The position numbers and the translations under genes are program-made. DNA of 64,000 nt, from the NCBI GenBank assembly GCA_004022145.1, contig RCNU01000003.1. The stretch is one strand, 5' to 3'. Below, in pieces: positions 41,087 to 51,435 of the stretch (positions are counted from its first letter, which is position 1; every line of letters begins with the position of its first letter). This DNA comes from Paecilomyces variotii (Eukaryota). Under the pieces are notes generated by a model. The model searched no databases and had not been told where the DNA came from. It was given only the letters and a program-made list of their open reading frames with translations.

Positions 41087-41768
41087 TTACTGCTTAACCG
41101 CCTGAAGGTAATCCACAACTTCCTTGCTGAAGACACCGTCCTCGACGAGCTGGGCGGCTGACTCCACGATCCACGTCTGACAATCACGTTGCTTAATTTT
41201 CTTCCCAACATTCCTTATTCTTGTATCCTGTGATTTATTCAGTCAGTCCATACATATCCTAGAACCAACAAATTTAATTAACTAGGAATCTCACATTATC
41301 ATCAATCGCATTAAGGCTCTTCGCAGGTGCCTTGACTTTATAAACACTAGCCTCAAAACCACAAGTAGGAAGATCATCAACCTTGTACACTCCATTATTA
41401 AACATCCCCTCTTTATCGAAATACTTCTCGTCAACCCACTGGAGCGGGGTCCTCTTAGTAGGAACGTCCTCGCTGGTACGAAGGTTCTCGCTGCGTTTCA
41501 CCTCGAATTTGAACCCATTCCTCACATCCCCCGTGGCATGAATCTTCACGCCAATGTCCAGCTCGTCGTGCGAGCCTACGTAGTACGCCCAGTGATCTTT
41601 GAAGGGTGCGCCATTGTATATCAACAGTTCGACTAGAAATGCACCAGTGGGGCCTGTTGGTGGTACAAGTGGCTGTTCTGGAATAGATGATGGGGTCGCG
41701 GTCTTCTTGGTTATTACTCCTTGAGGCGGCGGTGGTGGGGGCGGGGCTGTATTGGATGTAGATGCCAT
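41087..41768 (-). CDS. Hypothetical protein, DUF6540-like, 2 exons
   Basis: DHWAYYV...IHATGDVRNGFKFEVKR, then a second exon with RDCQTWIVES...QAVKQ-stop; the H-W, H-x-x-G and C-Q-x-W pattern fits this family from memory. Confidence 0.75.
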
Positions 41769-42113
41769 TGTTATGTATGAGGAGTTATTAATTGTTTTGT
41801 TTCGATAAGAGATGCCTGGAAGCTGATGCACTGAGTAAGTGATCTCGGCGCCTAAGTTTATAGTTAACTACGTAGCGCCAACGAAAAGGCTTCTGCCTAG
41901 CTGTATAAACTATACATGAGGACAAAGGAACACGAACCTATTCACATCATTATACAAGGACTCTACATGGCGTGAAATACCACATTGTACTTGATTTGCT
42001 TGCGGAGCATATTCTTAAAACAGTTAAAGAACCACTTGCCTCTGTCACAGCGCTATCTTGGACATTGGATACTTCGAAGCTGTATGCAGTTCCGATATTA
42101 TCTTCAGCGATAA

Positions 42114-43017
42114 ATGAAGAGTTTCCCAGCCTCTCCCTCCTACAGCAGTGGGCGAGAACCTACGCTACCCACGCCAGCCGAGATCAGGGCTATCAACAGG
42201 GAGTCTGGCCATGTCCGTAGCAAAATATTTGGTCGCCCGCCACCCGTGATAATCCCATCGCAAGGGCTACTTGTTAAATATGGATCCAACGTCACTACTG
42301 TCGAAGCTCAAACGCAAATGATGTTGTATGAGAGCTTGCGGGGGCAAGTACCCATTCCCAAGGTCTTTGACTGGACTGAGGATGGCGGTCAGGGATTTAT
42401 CTACATGTCTTTGATCGAAGGCGAGACCTTGCAAGAGAGATGGGCCAGTATGAGTGAAACAGAGAGACGAGCTGTTTGCGAGGAGCTCAGGCGCATGGTT
42501 AAAGCATGGAGGGCTTTGAAACAGGAGGGGCACTATATCGGTAACGATGTCTTCTCCAATTTCGATATAACTGGAAGCTAACATGTCTTTTTTTATTCAT
42601 ATAGGCAGCTTGGGTAAGAAGCCATTGAATGAGATATTTCTTCAGAGCCATCCAGATACCGCTGGTCCTTGTGAGGGAGATGATGCTGTCCAACGGTTCC
42701 AGCATGCTTGTGGAATAGATATCACTGACGAGACACCTATTGTGTTCACGCATGATGATATCTCACCACCCAACATTCTCCTCTCACGGGGCCCGAATCC
42801 GAAGGTTGCAGCGATCATCGACTGGGGTCAGGCTGGGTGGTATCCATCTTACTGGGAGTACTGTAAGGCACGACAGGTGGGTATCAATCCGAAATATTTC
42901 GATGATGTTATGCAGGAGGAATGGTACACCAAATATCTGCCAATGATCCTGGATCCTGTGGACGAGGAGAGAATCTACCATCCTTTTGTTTATTTTGTCC
43001 TGTCGAAGGGTATCTAG
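42114..43017 (+). CDS. Phosphotransferase (APH/kinase-like) family protein, 2 exons
   Basis: LPTPAEIR, VKYG, VPIPKV, FTHDDISPPNILL and IIDWGQAGWYPSYWEY; intron at about 42542-42604. Confidence 0.88.
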
Positions 43018-43569
43018 AGCTGTCTTTGCTGTTCACGGTATATATATTTCCAAGCGAGCGTTCTATTGATAGATATGTTTGGTTTTGTAAGTAGCCTTTC
43101 TCAGACCAGTCGTTTCTGGTGTTGTGGCAGTTCCTTCGGTTGCTCTTTCAGTATTTGGAATTATCCACAACCGAGGCATACTGGAACCTATTTATCAGAG
43201 AGGAATATGACTCTATCCAGGAAGTTACACGATAACAATAGATTCGGGGAGTTGCCTCAGATCCGAGCATTGAACAATACCGATGCTCGTGAGTGTTCCC
43301 TTCCGTCGATCTCTTTAGTACAAAGGTGCTAGAAAGAATATATATTCCCTACAACCACAATCGAAAATTCGCGATGTCCTGCTGTTCCGCTTACATATCT
43401 TCTCTGATTACTTTCATGGAGTAGGTATAACATGAATAAACAGTCAAAGTGTGCATTACTATTGGTCCTCGCTACACGGCCCCAGAGCAATAAAAATAAT
43501 AGCGCATCATGACACTATCTAGAAACATTTTCAAGATAGACAAAAAGAACAAAAAAGAGCAAAAAGTAA

Positions 43570-43660
43570 TGGGGTGAACCGGGATCGAACCGGTGACCTT
43601 CAGATTTGCTTGGCTGAAGTGAACTTCAGTCTGACGCGCTCCCAACTACGCCACCGCCCC
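43570..43660 (-). tRNA. tRNA-Phe(GAA) with 18-nt intron
   Basis: GGGGCGGTGGCGTAGTTGGGAGCGCGTCAGACT-GAA-G[ttcacttcagccaagcaa]ATCTGAAGGTCACCGGTTCGATCCCGGTTCACCCCA folds as a cloverleaf. Intron at 43606-43623 after base 37; T-run Pol III terminator just downstream. Confidence 0.96.
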
Positions 43661-44639
43661 ATCTGATTGTGAAAGAAATTGCTCTCTAATGATTTTTCAT
43701 TGGAACAATAATACCATTACCTGAATCTAGGTTCTTGGAGTCTCTTGTTTTACGGTACATTCCGCCTCACTTCTACTCATCCATGTCGTGGATCTTTTAC
43801 ATCTAGAGAATCCCTGCTAACTACTATGGCCTCGACACGAACTCACATGACGTCAGAAACGGAAAAGGCAGGCTTCTGGAAGACTCAGCTGACAGTTCTA
43901 GCGTGGCTTGGCGAACGCTGCGCCCTGCAGAAGAGTCACGAATTGTAATTACCATATGTATGTTGCTTTCGTGATCATGTGTTTCATCGCGCTCAATAAT
44001 GACTCAAGATTCCTCAGGCCAGACGGGACAAACAGTCACAGAAGGGACGGAACTGCCGTTAGTGGTTTGCGCAGTCGAGGCCTCATGGTCGATCAGCGGC
44101 AAGAACAGAGCCATTTACTAACTAGAATACTAAATAGTAACTTCAAGGCGAGCCTCATTTTCACGGCACTCAGCTCCGGATTTCCCCGGGCGCAGCATCG
44201 TTATCATCTTAGCAATCCCGAGGGTTCAAGAGAGCAAAGTGCAGCTGATCGAATCCCGGATTCAATTTTAAGCCTCAGATACGAGGATGTGAAGTAATAC
44301 CGTTGTATGTACAATGAAGAAAACCAAGAGGACCGTCCCCCTTCCCAGACGAGAAGTCCTACTACCAGTCGAACTGTCGGCCCCCAATCCCACGTGGGAA
44401 ATCCATCGTACCTTGCAGAATAAGGCAGACAAATCCTCGCCTATCATAGATGCAGCGGGCTAATAATAATATAATGCCAAACAGCCCTCTTTTTCCCTTG
44501 CAGGACAGACACATTGTGCATATAGCCCTTGACCCCTGGACCACGCGAGAATAGAAAAAAACAAAAGTGCCAAATTATAATTTTGCTTGCGAAACACAGT
44601 AAGCTGGAGTGATCCTTGAATGCTGATACGCAGATATAA

Positions 44640-45240
44640 CTCGTCGTCAGTCGCCATCTAGTTAAAGACTAATTCTAACGAACTGCTGAAGACTATCAAA
44701 AAAGGGTTAGAAAGAAGGGAAAAGGCGCCCCAGGCGCATGTGAGTGATATCGTTAATTACTGCGCAGATAGTTATTAGATTTGATAGGTTCCATAATAAT
44801 ACCTGCCAGGGCCAAGTATTATAAGGACCACTAAACCGAGTTAGTGGCTGACAGTGTCACGCCTGGTCACTTAATTGCGGAGTTAACCGCGAATTACAGG
44901 ACTGTAATCGATCGATCCTTGCCAATCAGCGACAAGTCCAGTTCTATAATTATTTTTAGTATACCCCAAGACGCGGCAGTTTACAACTATATACCATACA
45001 GTATAAATCATACTATTTGCCAAAGGTGTAGAAGGTTCAGGGTCGCACTTCACGTATTACATATAAAACAAGAAATACAAAGTAACTAAAACCCCTGTAG
45101 TAGAGTAGGACTAGCAAGTATATACCATACTTAGAACTATTAAAGATACTATAACTAATTAGACCAATTAAGATTCTTACTCTTAAACAAAAAAAAAACC
45201 CCTCTTAGCATATTAAGTAAGACCCCTTTTCTAATTTACG
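44640..45240. mobile_element. AT-rich, TpA-rich degenerate segment, possibly a RIP-mutated transposon relic
   Basis: Visibly rich in TAA/TAG/TATA, no recognisable ORF, A-run at about 45188-45198. Compositional evidence only. Confidence 0.3.
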
Positions 45241-48022
45241 TTAGTATTGCGACGAACCATGCGAATATTCTAGGAACCAACCAGGATCATGGAACGCCTT
45301 TTGTCAGCTGATTCTGTTTTCTTGCTTAGTTAACTATACACCATCTGCTTCGAGTAGACATTTCCCTATCCAGTGACAGTTCTAGGAGTCGTAATGCTAC
45401 TTAAAATATACTTCTAATGTAAATTAGTTGCATAGCCCCATCTCATCGGGTCCAACGCTCAAGATAGTCTCTGGGGAAGTTGTTCCGTGCTTCTGCAAGG
45501 ATGAGCATTATTAATGGTCGAATATTGGTAATATGGAGATCGGGATCGGGGGGCCGTATTTTGTGAATAATGCACCGGACCATGTGGCGATTATTGAGTA
45601 AAGCATTAGATTAGATAGTAGTTATTAGTAACTAAACATACTGCTTAGTATGCGCGGTTAGGCCTTTTGGAGGCGTCACTTAAATCAGTTTAAGCATATA
45701 CTTTTTGTCTTTTGAATGGTCCGTGTGTCGTGTTTTTTGACTTTAGGATAGTCTACTGGTGACGGTGTAGTATACACAGGATTAAGATGTTAAGATATCT
45801 CGTCTTCTAAATCGTACACGGGGGGGCATCATACTACTGGAGTAATGAATATACATACATCCACTTCGGATCGATTCGCTCCCCGCTCAGATATGGCAAT
45901 TATAAATATGAACTGACCCGTCGCGGAATTTTTCCACAAGCCCTGCGAGTCTGTGCGACCATAAGCCACGTGGTGAGATTGCCATTTCCCAGATTATGGT
46001 TAATCCCTGTACTAATCTCAGCCTGAAGAGTTTGAGGAATAGTGGAAAAAAAAAGAATAATCATAAGGAAACCTCAGGGATGTGAATCGTGCATACATAC
46101 ATATGCAAGGGGCCACAAATATTACCCATGACGAAGAAAAAAAAAAAAAAAGAAAAAAAAAAAAAGAATAAGAACCATGGGTCGAATAAGTGGCAAGGCA
46201 TAATATTATCTGTGAACTCTTCTCCTCTATGGCAGTGTTCTAGACAAATGTCGATATATCTAACGTCAAACTTGCAGCGGCCCCGATCGGCATTGCAGCG
46301 GTAGTGGCGGGCTGGGGGCCGTTTTGTTTCTTTCTTTTTTCTTCCTTTTTTTTTTGGTGGACGGTACACACGCCTAAGTAATCGCCGTAATTTCCTAGAG
46401 TATGTTCTGGACGGGGATGACTCTTCGTTTCTCTTCTAATGCTGATAGGCTTTCTTATTGGTCTTTCAGTGTACATCGCGCGGGCTGTGCGCGATCGATG
46501 TATACTTGAACAGTTTGACTCGGGATGAGTAAACTCGAGACCGGCCCTAGGCAGCAGACTCTTGTGTAGGAGCAAGTAATTAACTGGCAGAAAACGCTCT
46601 GGACGAAGACAGTTGCCTACGGATCGAACTTGTCCGAACTGTCTCGTGCCTGCGATCGCGACAAATGGCGATGCAATGCGACAAGTAAGGCGCACGAAGA
46701 TTCTGCTTCAACGCGGATGAAGAATGAATCATCACATATTGTCATACTACAAGGCGATCTGATTTGACTGAATGGATACTTAGATCGGACCACTAAGTCA
46801 ATTAGGAGCCAGTGGGCTGTCCAAATAAATCGATCGGACGCCTCTTCAAGTGTTTTTTAGTGTAAAGTAATTTACAGTACCTACAGGGTTGATAATCATC
46901 CTAACAAATTAAGTAACTACTTACTTGTTCGAGACAATCACGGGGAACGCGGAAGGGACAATCCGGGGCAATGCCTCAGGGTCAGCTGTTTGTTTCCTTC
47001 TTTCTTTCCCGCGCTGAAAAATAATAATAATAATAATACCGGAATTACTAGACGATAAACCCGGGGCGCCGTTCAGCTGCTTCAAAACTCGATCCTTAAC
47101 TGTCTGGACAGTTCGCTACATCGCAGATAACTATGATATATCCGAAAAAAAAAAAAAAAAAGAAATTCGATTTGACAGAAAACCGCCTTATCTCCTACAA
47201 GAAATTACATCAGTGCTAGTAATCAGTATCGGTAACATAGTGAGAGTCGACTGTATGTAGGTATTCATATTCTATTCTTGCATAGCGCGGGCGCTTACCC
47301 AGGTAACAGGTAACTGTCTTACCGCTATGGGTCCAGTGAGCCTTGACTACCCGTTCTATCGTCCAACTGATGGGCGAAGATCTACTTCTTGAAGCTTTAT
47401 TGGTCAATGAGAAGCAAGTAATGGTATTGTACTGAGTAACTAGTTGTAATGATGATAACTTAACGGCGCCCGTACGGATAATGCCCGAGTTGAGTGGATG
47501 GGACGGAAATGTATGTATGTATGTATGTACACTTCAAAGTATGTACCTACCTAGGCATACAAGATAAGTAGATACCCTCAAAAAAGACATGGTATTAATA
47601 ATGGACCAGCTTCATGATCTATGTAATTAGTCAGTTAACTGATTACCACTCATCGCCCCCCTTCAGAGATTATCATGTCAGACTCAGACTTGCATTTTCT
47701 CTCTGAAGAATGACAACGACAGAACGTTTGCGTATGTGCGCTCTTCTCATCCTCGTCAGAGTTCAGGTGTCGTTCAGATTCGAGACCCATCGCTAGGGAG
47801 GCTTGGTTCCTTTTCAGGCCCACGGAGGCTGATGGCTCATCGGCGTCGGGCGCTAAGCCAGGGACCCTGGTGAGCACCCTGTTTACCTAGCTAGTGTAGC
47901 CCTTCAGGCGGGTCAGCAATACATAGTAACTATCGGGGTCCGTCGGTGCCTGGAGGGTCAGGTTGAGGATCTATGTCATCATAAAAGAAGAAAATAGTAT
48001 GGAGGCGCGTCTGCTGGAGTAG

Positions 48023-48030
48023 ATATATAA
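48023..48030 (+). promoter_or_regulatory. TATA box of the putative GRGGYN micropeptide transcript
   Basis: ATATATAA followed by a C/A/T-rich, ATG-free leader from about 48040 to 48199. Confidence 0.6.
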
Positions 48031-48199
48031 GCATGGTGGCTTCCTGTGTTTGAAGGATTCGATTCTCATCTATCATACCATACAAACTATACTACACTAC
48101 GCTACATATATACAAGCTCTCTATTATACAAGTCTATAATAGCTTCATCTATATCCTTTGCAAACACTGCCTCAGATCACCATTATATCCACTTCGTTC

Positions 48200-48223
48200 A
48201 TGGGTCGTGGCGGATACAACTAA
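48200..48223 (+). CDS. Putative 7-aa micropeptide MGRGGYN
   Basis: ATG GGT CGT GGC GGA TAC AAC TAA; first ATG of the presumed transcript; the motif recurs twice downstream with synonymous changes only. Confidence 0.6.
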   Translation: MGRGGYN

Positions 48224-48414
48224 AAGAATCTCATATCGCGCATAACCCACCATTGATCGAGTCAAGCAAAAGGCTCCAAGTGCGCAAGTCACCAACACAT
48301 ATCAGGCAGCTTTCAGTCGATAGACCCCAGACAGGCAAAACGCTGCCATCTCCGCTGCACCTACAAGAGCAGAACAGAACCTCTTCTTCCCGCCCTTTTT
48401 TGAAGACTGTGTCA

Positions 48415-48543
48415 ATGGGCCGAGGCGGTTACAACGTCCCCAGCGACAACCCGAACCCCAAGCCACCAGTATCTTCCTTCATCGAGTGTCGCTCCATGCA
48501 AGGTCGTGGCGGATATAACGACGTGCAGGACGAAGACGAGTGA
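48415..48543 (+). CDS. Putative 42-aa peptide with two GRGGYN motifs
   Basis: MGRGGYNVPSDNPNPKPPVSSFIECRSMQGRGGYNDVQDEDE; internal ATG at 48496 precedes the second motif. Confidence 0.6.
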   Translation: MGRGGYNVPSDNPNPKPPVSSFIECRSMQGRGGYNDVQDEDE

Positions 48544-48813
48544 ATCGGTACGAGTGCGCGGAGGGCGACGGACCGGCAGCATTGGAAGAGTTGGACTACG
48601 CGGCTTCGCGATGGGCGCGCGCAACGGAATACGGCATGATCGTATGAAGGCGAGCGGCCACAGTTGCAATGGCAGCTGTGGCCCGCAGGTGGAAAGAGTC
48701 AAGTATCCGCAGTGGAGGGAGGAGCGGATATCGAAGTCGCGGAATTTGGGTCATCGTTTGCCAACTTCTGGTCGATCGTGTTTTTTGGACATTCTGTCAT
48801 TTCGCAACGTGGA

Positions 48814-50778
48814 TCATTTGCCGACACAGAACCTACACGGAGAAACCAAATTGTCAGTATCGCCGTGGATAGTATCTTCATCGATGCGGTCTCGTACTTC
48901 TCGAATACGACACCTAGGACGTCCTCCACGTCGCCGCTCTCGCCTCTGCCGGTGATCCGGGAGAGACTGTCTGCCGCAAACCGCAGGTGTTCCGCCGCTG
49001 TCACGATATCCACGTCTGTTACGATACCCCCGTCTGTCTCGAGCATTGCATCATCTGGAGTTTTGGGTATAGAGGTCTGATTCAAGAAGTCATCAAGATG
49101 TTCAGCGCATTTCTGTAGATTAGAACTTTGTCTGTGTGTTACTCCAAGAGAATCCTCCCAGTAGGAAATGTTGAATTGTTCGTTTCCTTCTTCCATTCCC
49201 ACTGGTGCCGCGATCTTCTCAAAGTTTGTAATAAGCCCATTTAGGAAATTCTGCATCATGCCTGGATCAGGGTCACTAGCAGACTCGTCCTGCGCTTCCT
49301 TGCATGAGATAGCATAGATCCGATCTTGTGGCACGTCGGGAAATAACGTGCTGATGGTATCGGCCAGACTCTGCGGGATCCGACCGGCCTCGTGGCGCTC
49401 AGTCCGGGGTAGCCTGTCAGACTTATTAATAGCAACGATGATGCACTTCCTCAATTCAGAGCAACTCTTAACAGCGTCCAGGACCTCTGGCTCAACTGAC
49501 AATCGATAGGCTTCACCGTTGCGCCCTTCTTCCAACGAAAGGACGACAATGACAACATCAGACTCCATGGCCCGGGCTTTGGCACGTCGAATACCTTCTT
49601 TTTCAACGGCTCCAATGGTTACAGTGCCTTCAGCCGACTCGGAGCGCAGCCCTGCCATGTCCCCGAGCTTACAATACCAACCTCCGAGATCGACACCGAC
49701 GTCCACGATGTCGCGCGTGGTTCCCTCCTCGGTACTGACAATGGCTGCCTCCTTACCAACTATCCTATTGAGCAAGGAGCTTTTCCCGGCATTTGGCGCA
49801 CCCAGTAGCGCGACTTTGATTCCATTGCGCAAAAGCTCGCCCTTTGAGGCGTTTTGTATATGCGCGCGAATCTGTCGTTGCAAAGCACGCACCTGCTTTG
49901 CGACAGACTCGACCAGCTCATCTGACGACTCATCGAAGTGCTGATCTTCTGAAAAATCAATCAGCGCCTCAAGCTCCCCACGTGCGTAGAGAAGTTGTTG
50001 ACGCCAGGCCTCATAACGCTTGGAAAGCGCGTCACTCGCACCTCGCACAGCGAGTCGTCGTTGCTGTTCCGTATCGGCCGAGAGTGTATCGCCCAGCGCT
50101 TCAATCTGCGGCAGGTCAAGCCGGTTATTCATAAAGGCACGTCGTGTGAATTCTCCTGGTTCCGCATAGCGGATCAAGCGTTCGGGTCCGCTACATTTGG
50201 ATATAGCAGTGAGAACAGCCTTGACAATCGCTGGGCCACCATGCAAATGTAGCTCAAGTATATCCTCTCCTGTAACAGTCTTTGGACTTGGAAAGTATAA
50301 GACCAAGGCGCCGGCGTCAAGGACTGTATTCCTGGAGGGTTTCTGGGTCGGGTCGTAGAGCGTGCGGAGAGTTGCAACACGAGGTTTAGGAAGCGGTGAC
50401 CCTGGGCAAAGAGCTTGGTAGATCTGGACAGAGGAAGGCCTGTAAGTTATCTGCGAGATACAACCACAACACAAAAATCTAGTAACAGACCTGTACACAC
50501 GCCGGGCCAGATACCCTCGCGACTGCTATAGCAGCCCTCCCAGAAGCCGTAGAGAGAGCATATATTGTGGAGTCCGCATCTGATACGAACCGCACCGACG
50601 TTGAGGAGGAGAAGTGCCGAATCCTAGTCAGATTCTTACCCCGCAGCAGCGTTGACCCCGAGCTTCTCGGGATGGAGACGGCGTCTAGAGCTCCCAATAG
50701 ACGCTGCGCACCAAACGCGACGCGCGGGCCCTGAAGAGATAAAGCCCGGCGGGCAGTGCTGCTAATAGAGCGTATCAT
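48814..50778 (-). CDS. MSS1: Mitochondrial tRNA-modification GTPase MnmE/TrmE, 3 exons
   Basis: STIYALSTASGRAAIAV, TGEDILELHLHGG, GEFTRRAF, GAPNAGKSS, GTTRD, DMAG and NKSD. The last intron (48897-48833) restores the terminal FCVGK; intron 1 at 50490-50424. Confidence 0.97.
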
Positions 50779-51435
50779 GCGCGGAAATCGTCAAGATGGT
50801 CAATTGGTGGTTTCGATTAAGTACTGTTTGTTTGAAAGATACAAGAGCTTCTGGAGTTAGCTTGACCGACTCCGAACGCTCTCCGCATTCTTTCACGTGA
50901 CTTTTATAGACCGTTGCATTACATAACGCAGCTATGCAGCCTTCCTACAGAGCCAAGGCAATAAAAAGGTAAATAGTTGGTTCTTATTTACTTAGAGCTG
51001 TTATCTCGTCCAAAAACGGCACTTACCATATTATCAACTCGTTGTATTATGTGTAGATTGTTACTATGTTTAGGTTTGGATAGTCTACATCAATTCTACT
51101 CCGAAGTCTCATCGGTCTAGGAAACACACCATGAAGTCATCTCTAATACAGATGCAGAGGAATGTCTCATCTAATCGAACTCCTGCTCTTCTATAAATGG
51201 AATATAATAACAACATGATCATACAGTACAATGCTTTTTTATATCTCTCTCTCTAAACAAACGCCCGCACTGATTTGTACACAAAAATGAACTGAAGCGA
51301 GGCAATACTCAATCGTATATACCAGGTATTCTCTCCTGATATGATTATAGCCAGAGATATTTACCAACAGACTAAGAAAAATGGACTCATGCATGGTGCC
51401 GGGTATCAAGCTGATGCGAACCAGTCGTAAGAAGA

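Noticed and set aside
48046-48414. N-terminal extension making a 165-aa ORF ahead of MGRGGYN
   Set aside because: Begins at a non-ATG codon just after the TATA box; the sequence looks like 5' leader and has no in-frame ATG before 48415.
48669-48872. GGRSGYR as a possible fourth GRGGYN-like motif
   Set aside because: Two of six residues differ and it is not ATG-proximal; likely chance.
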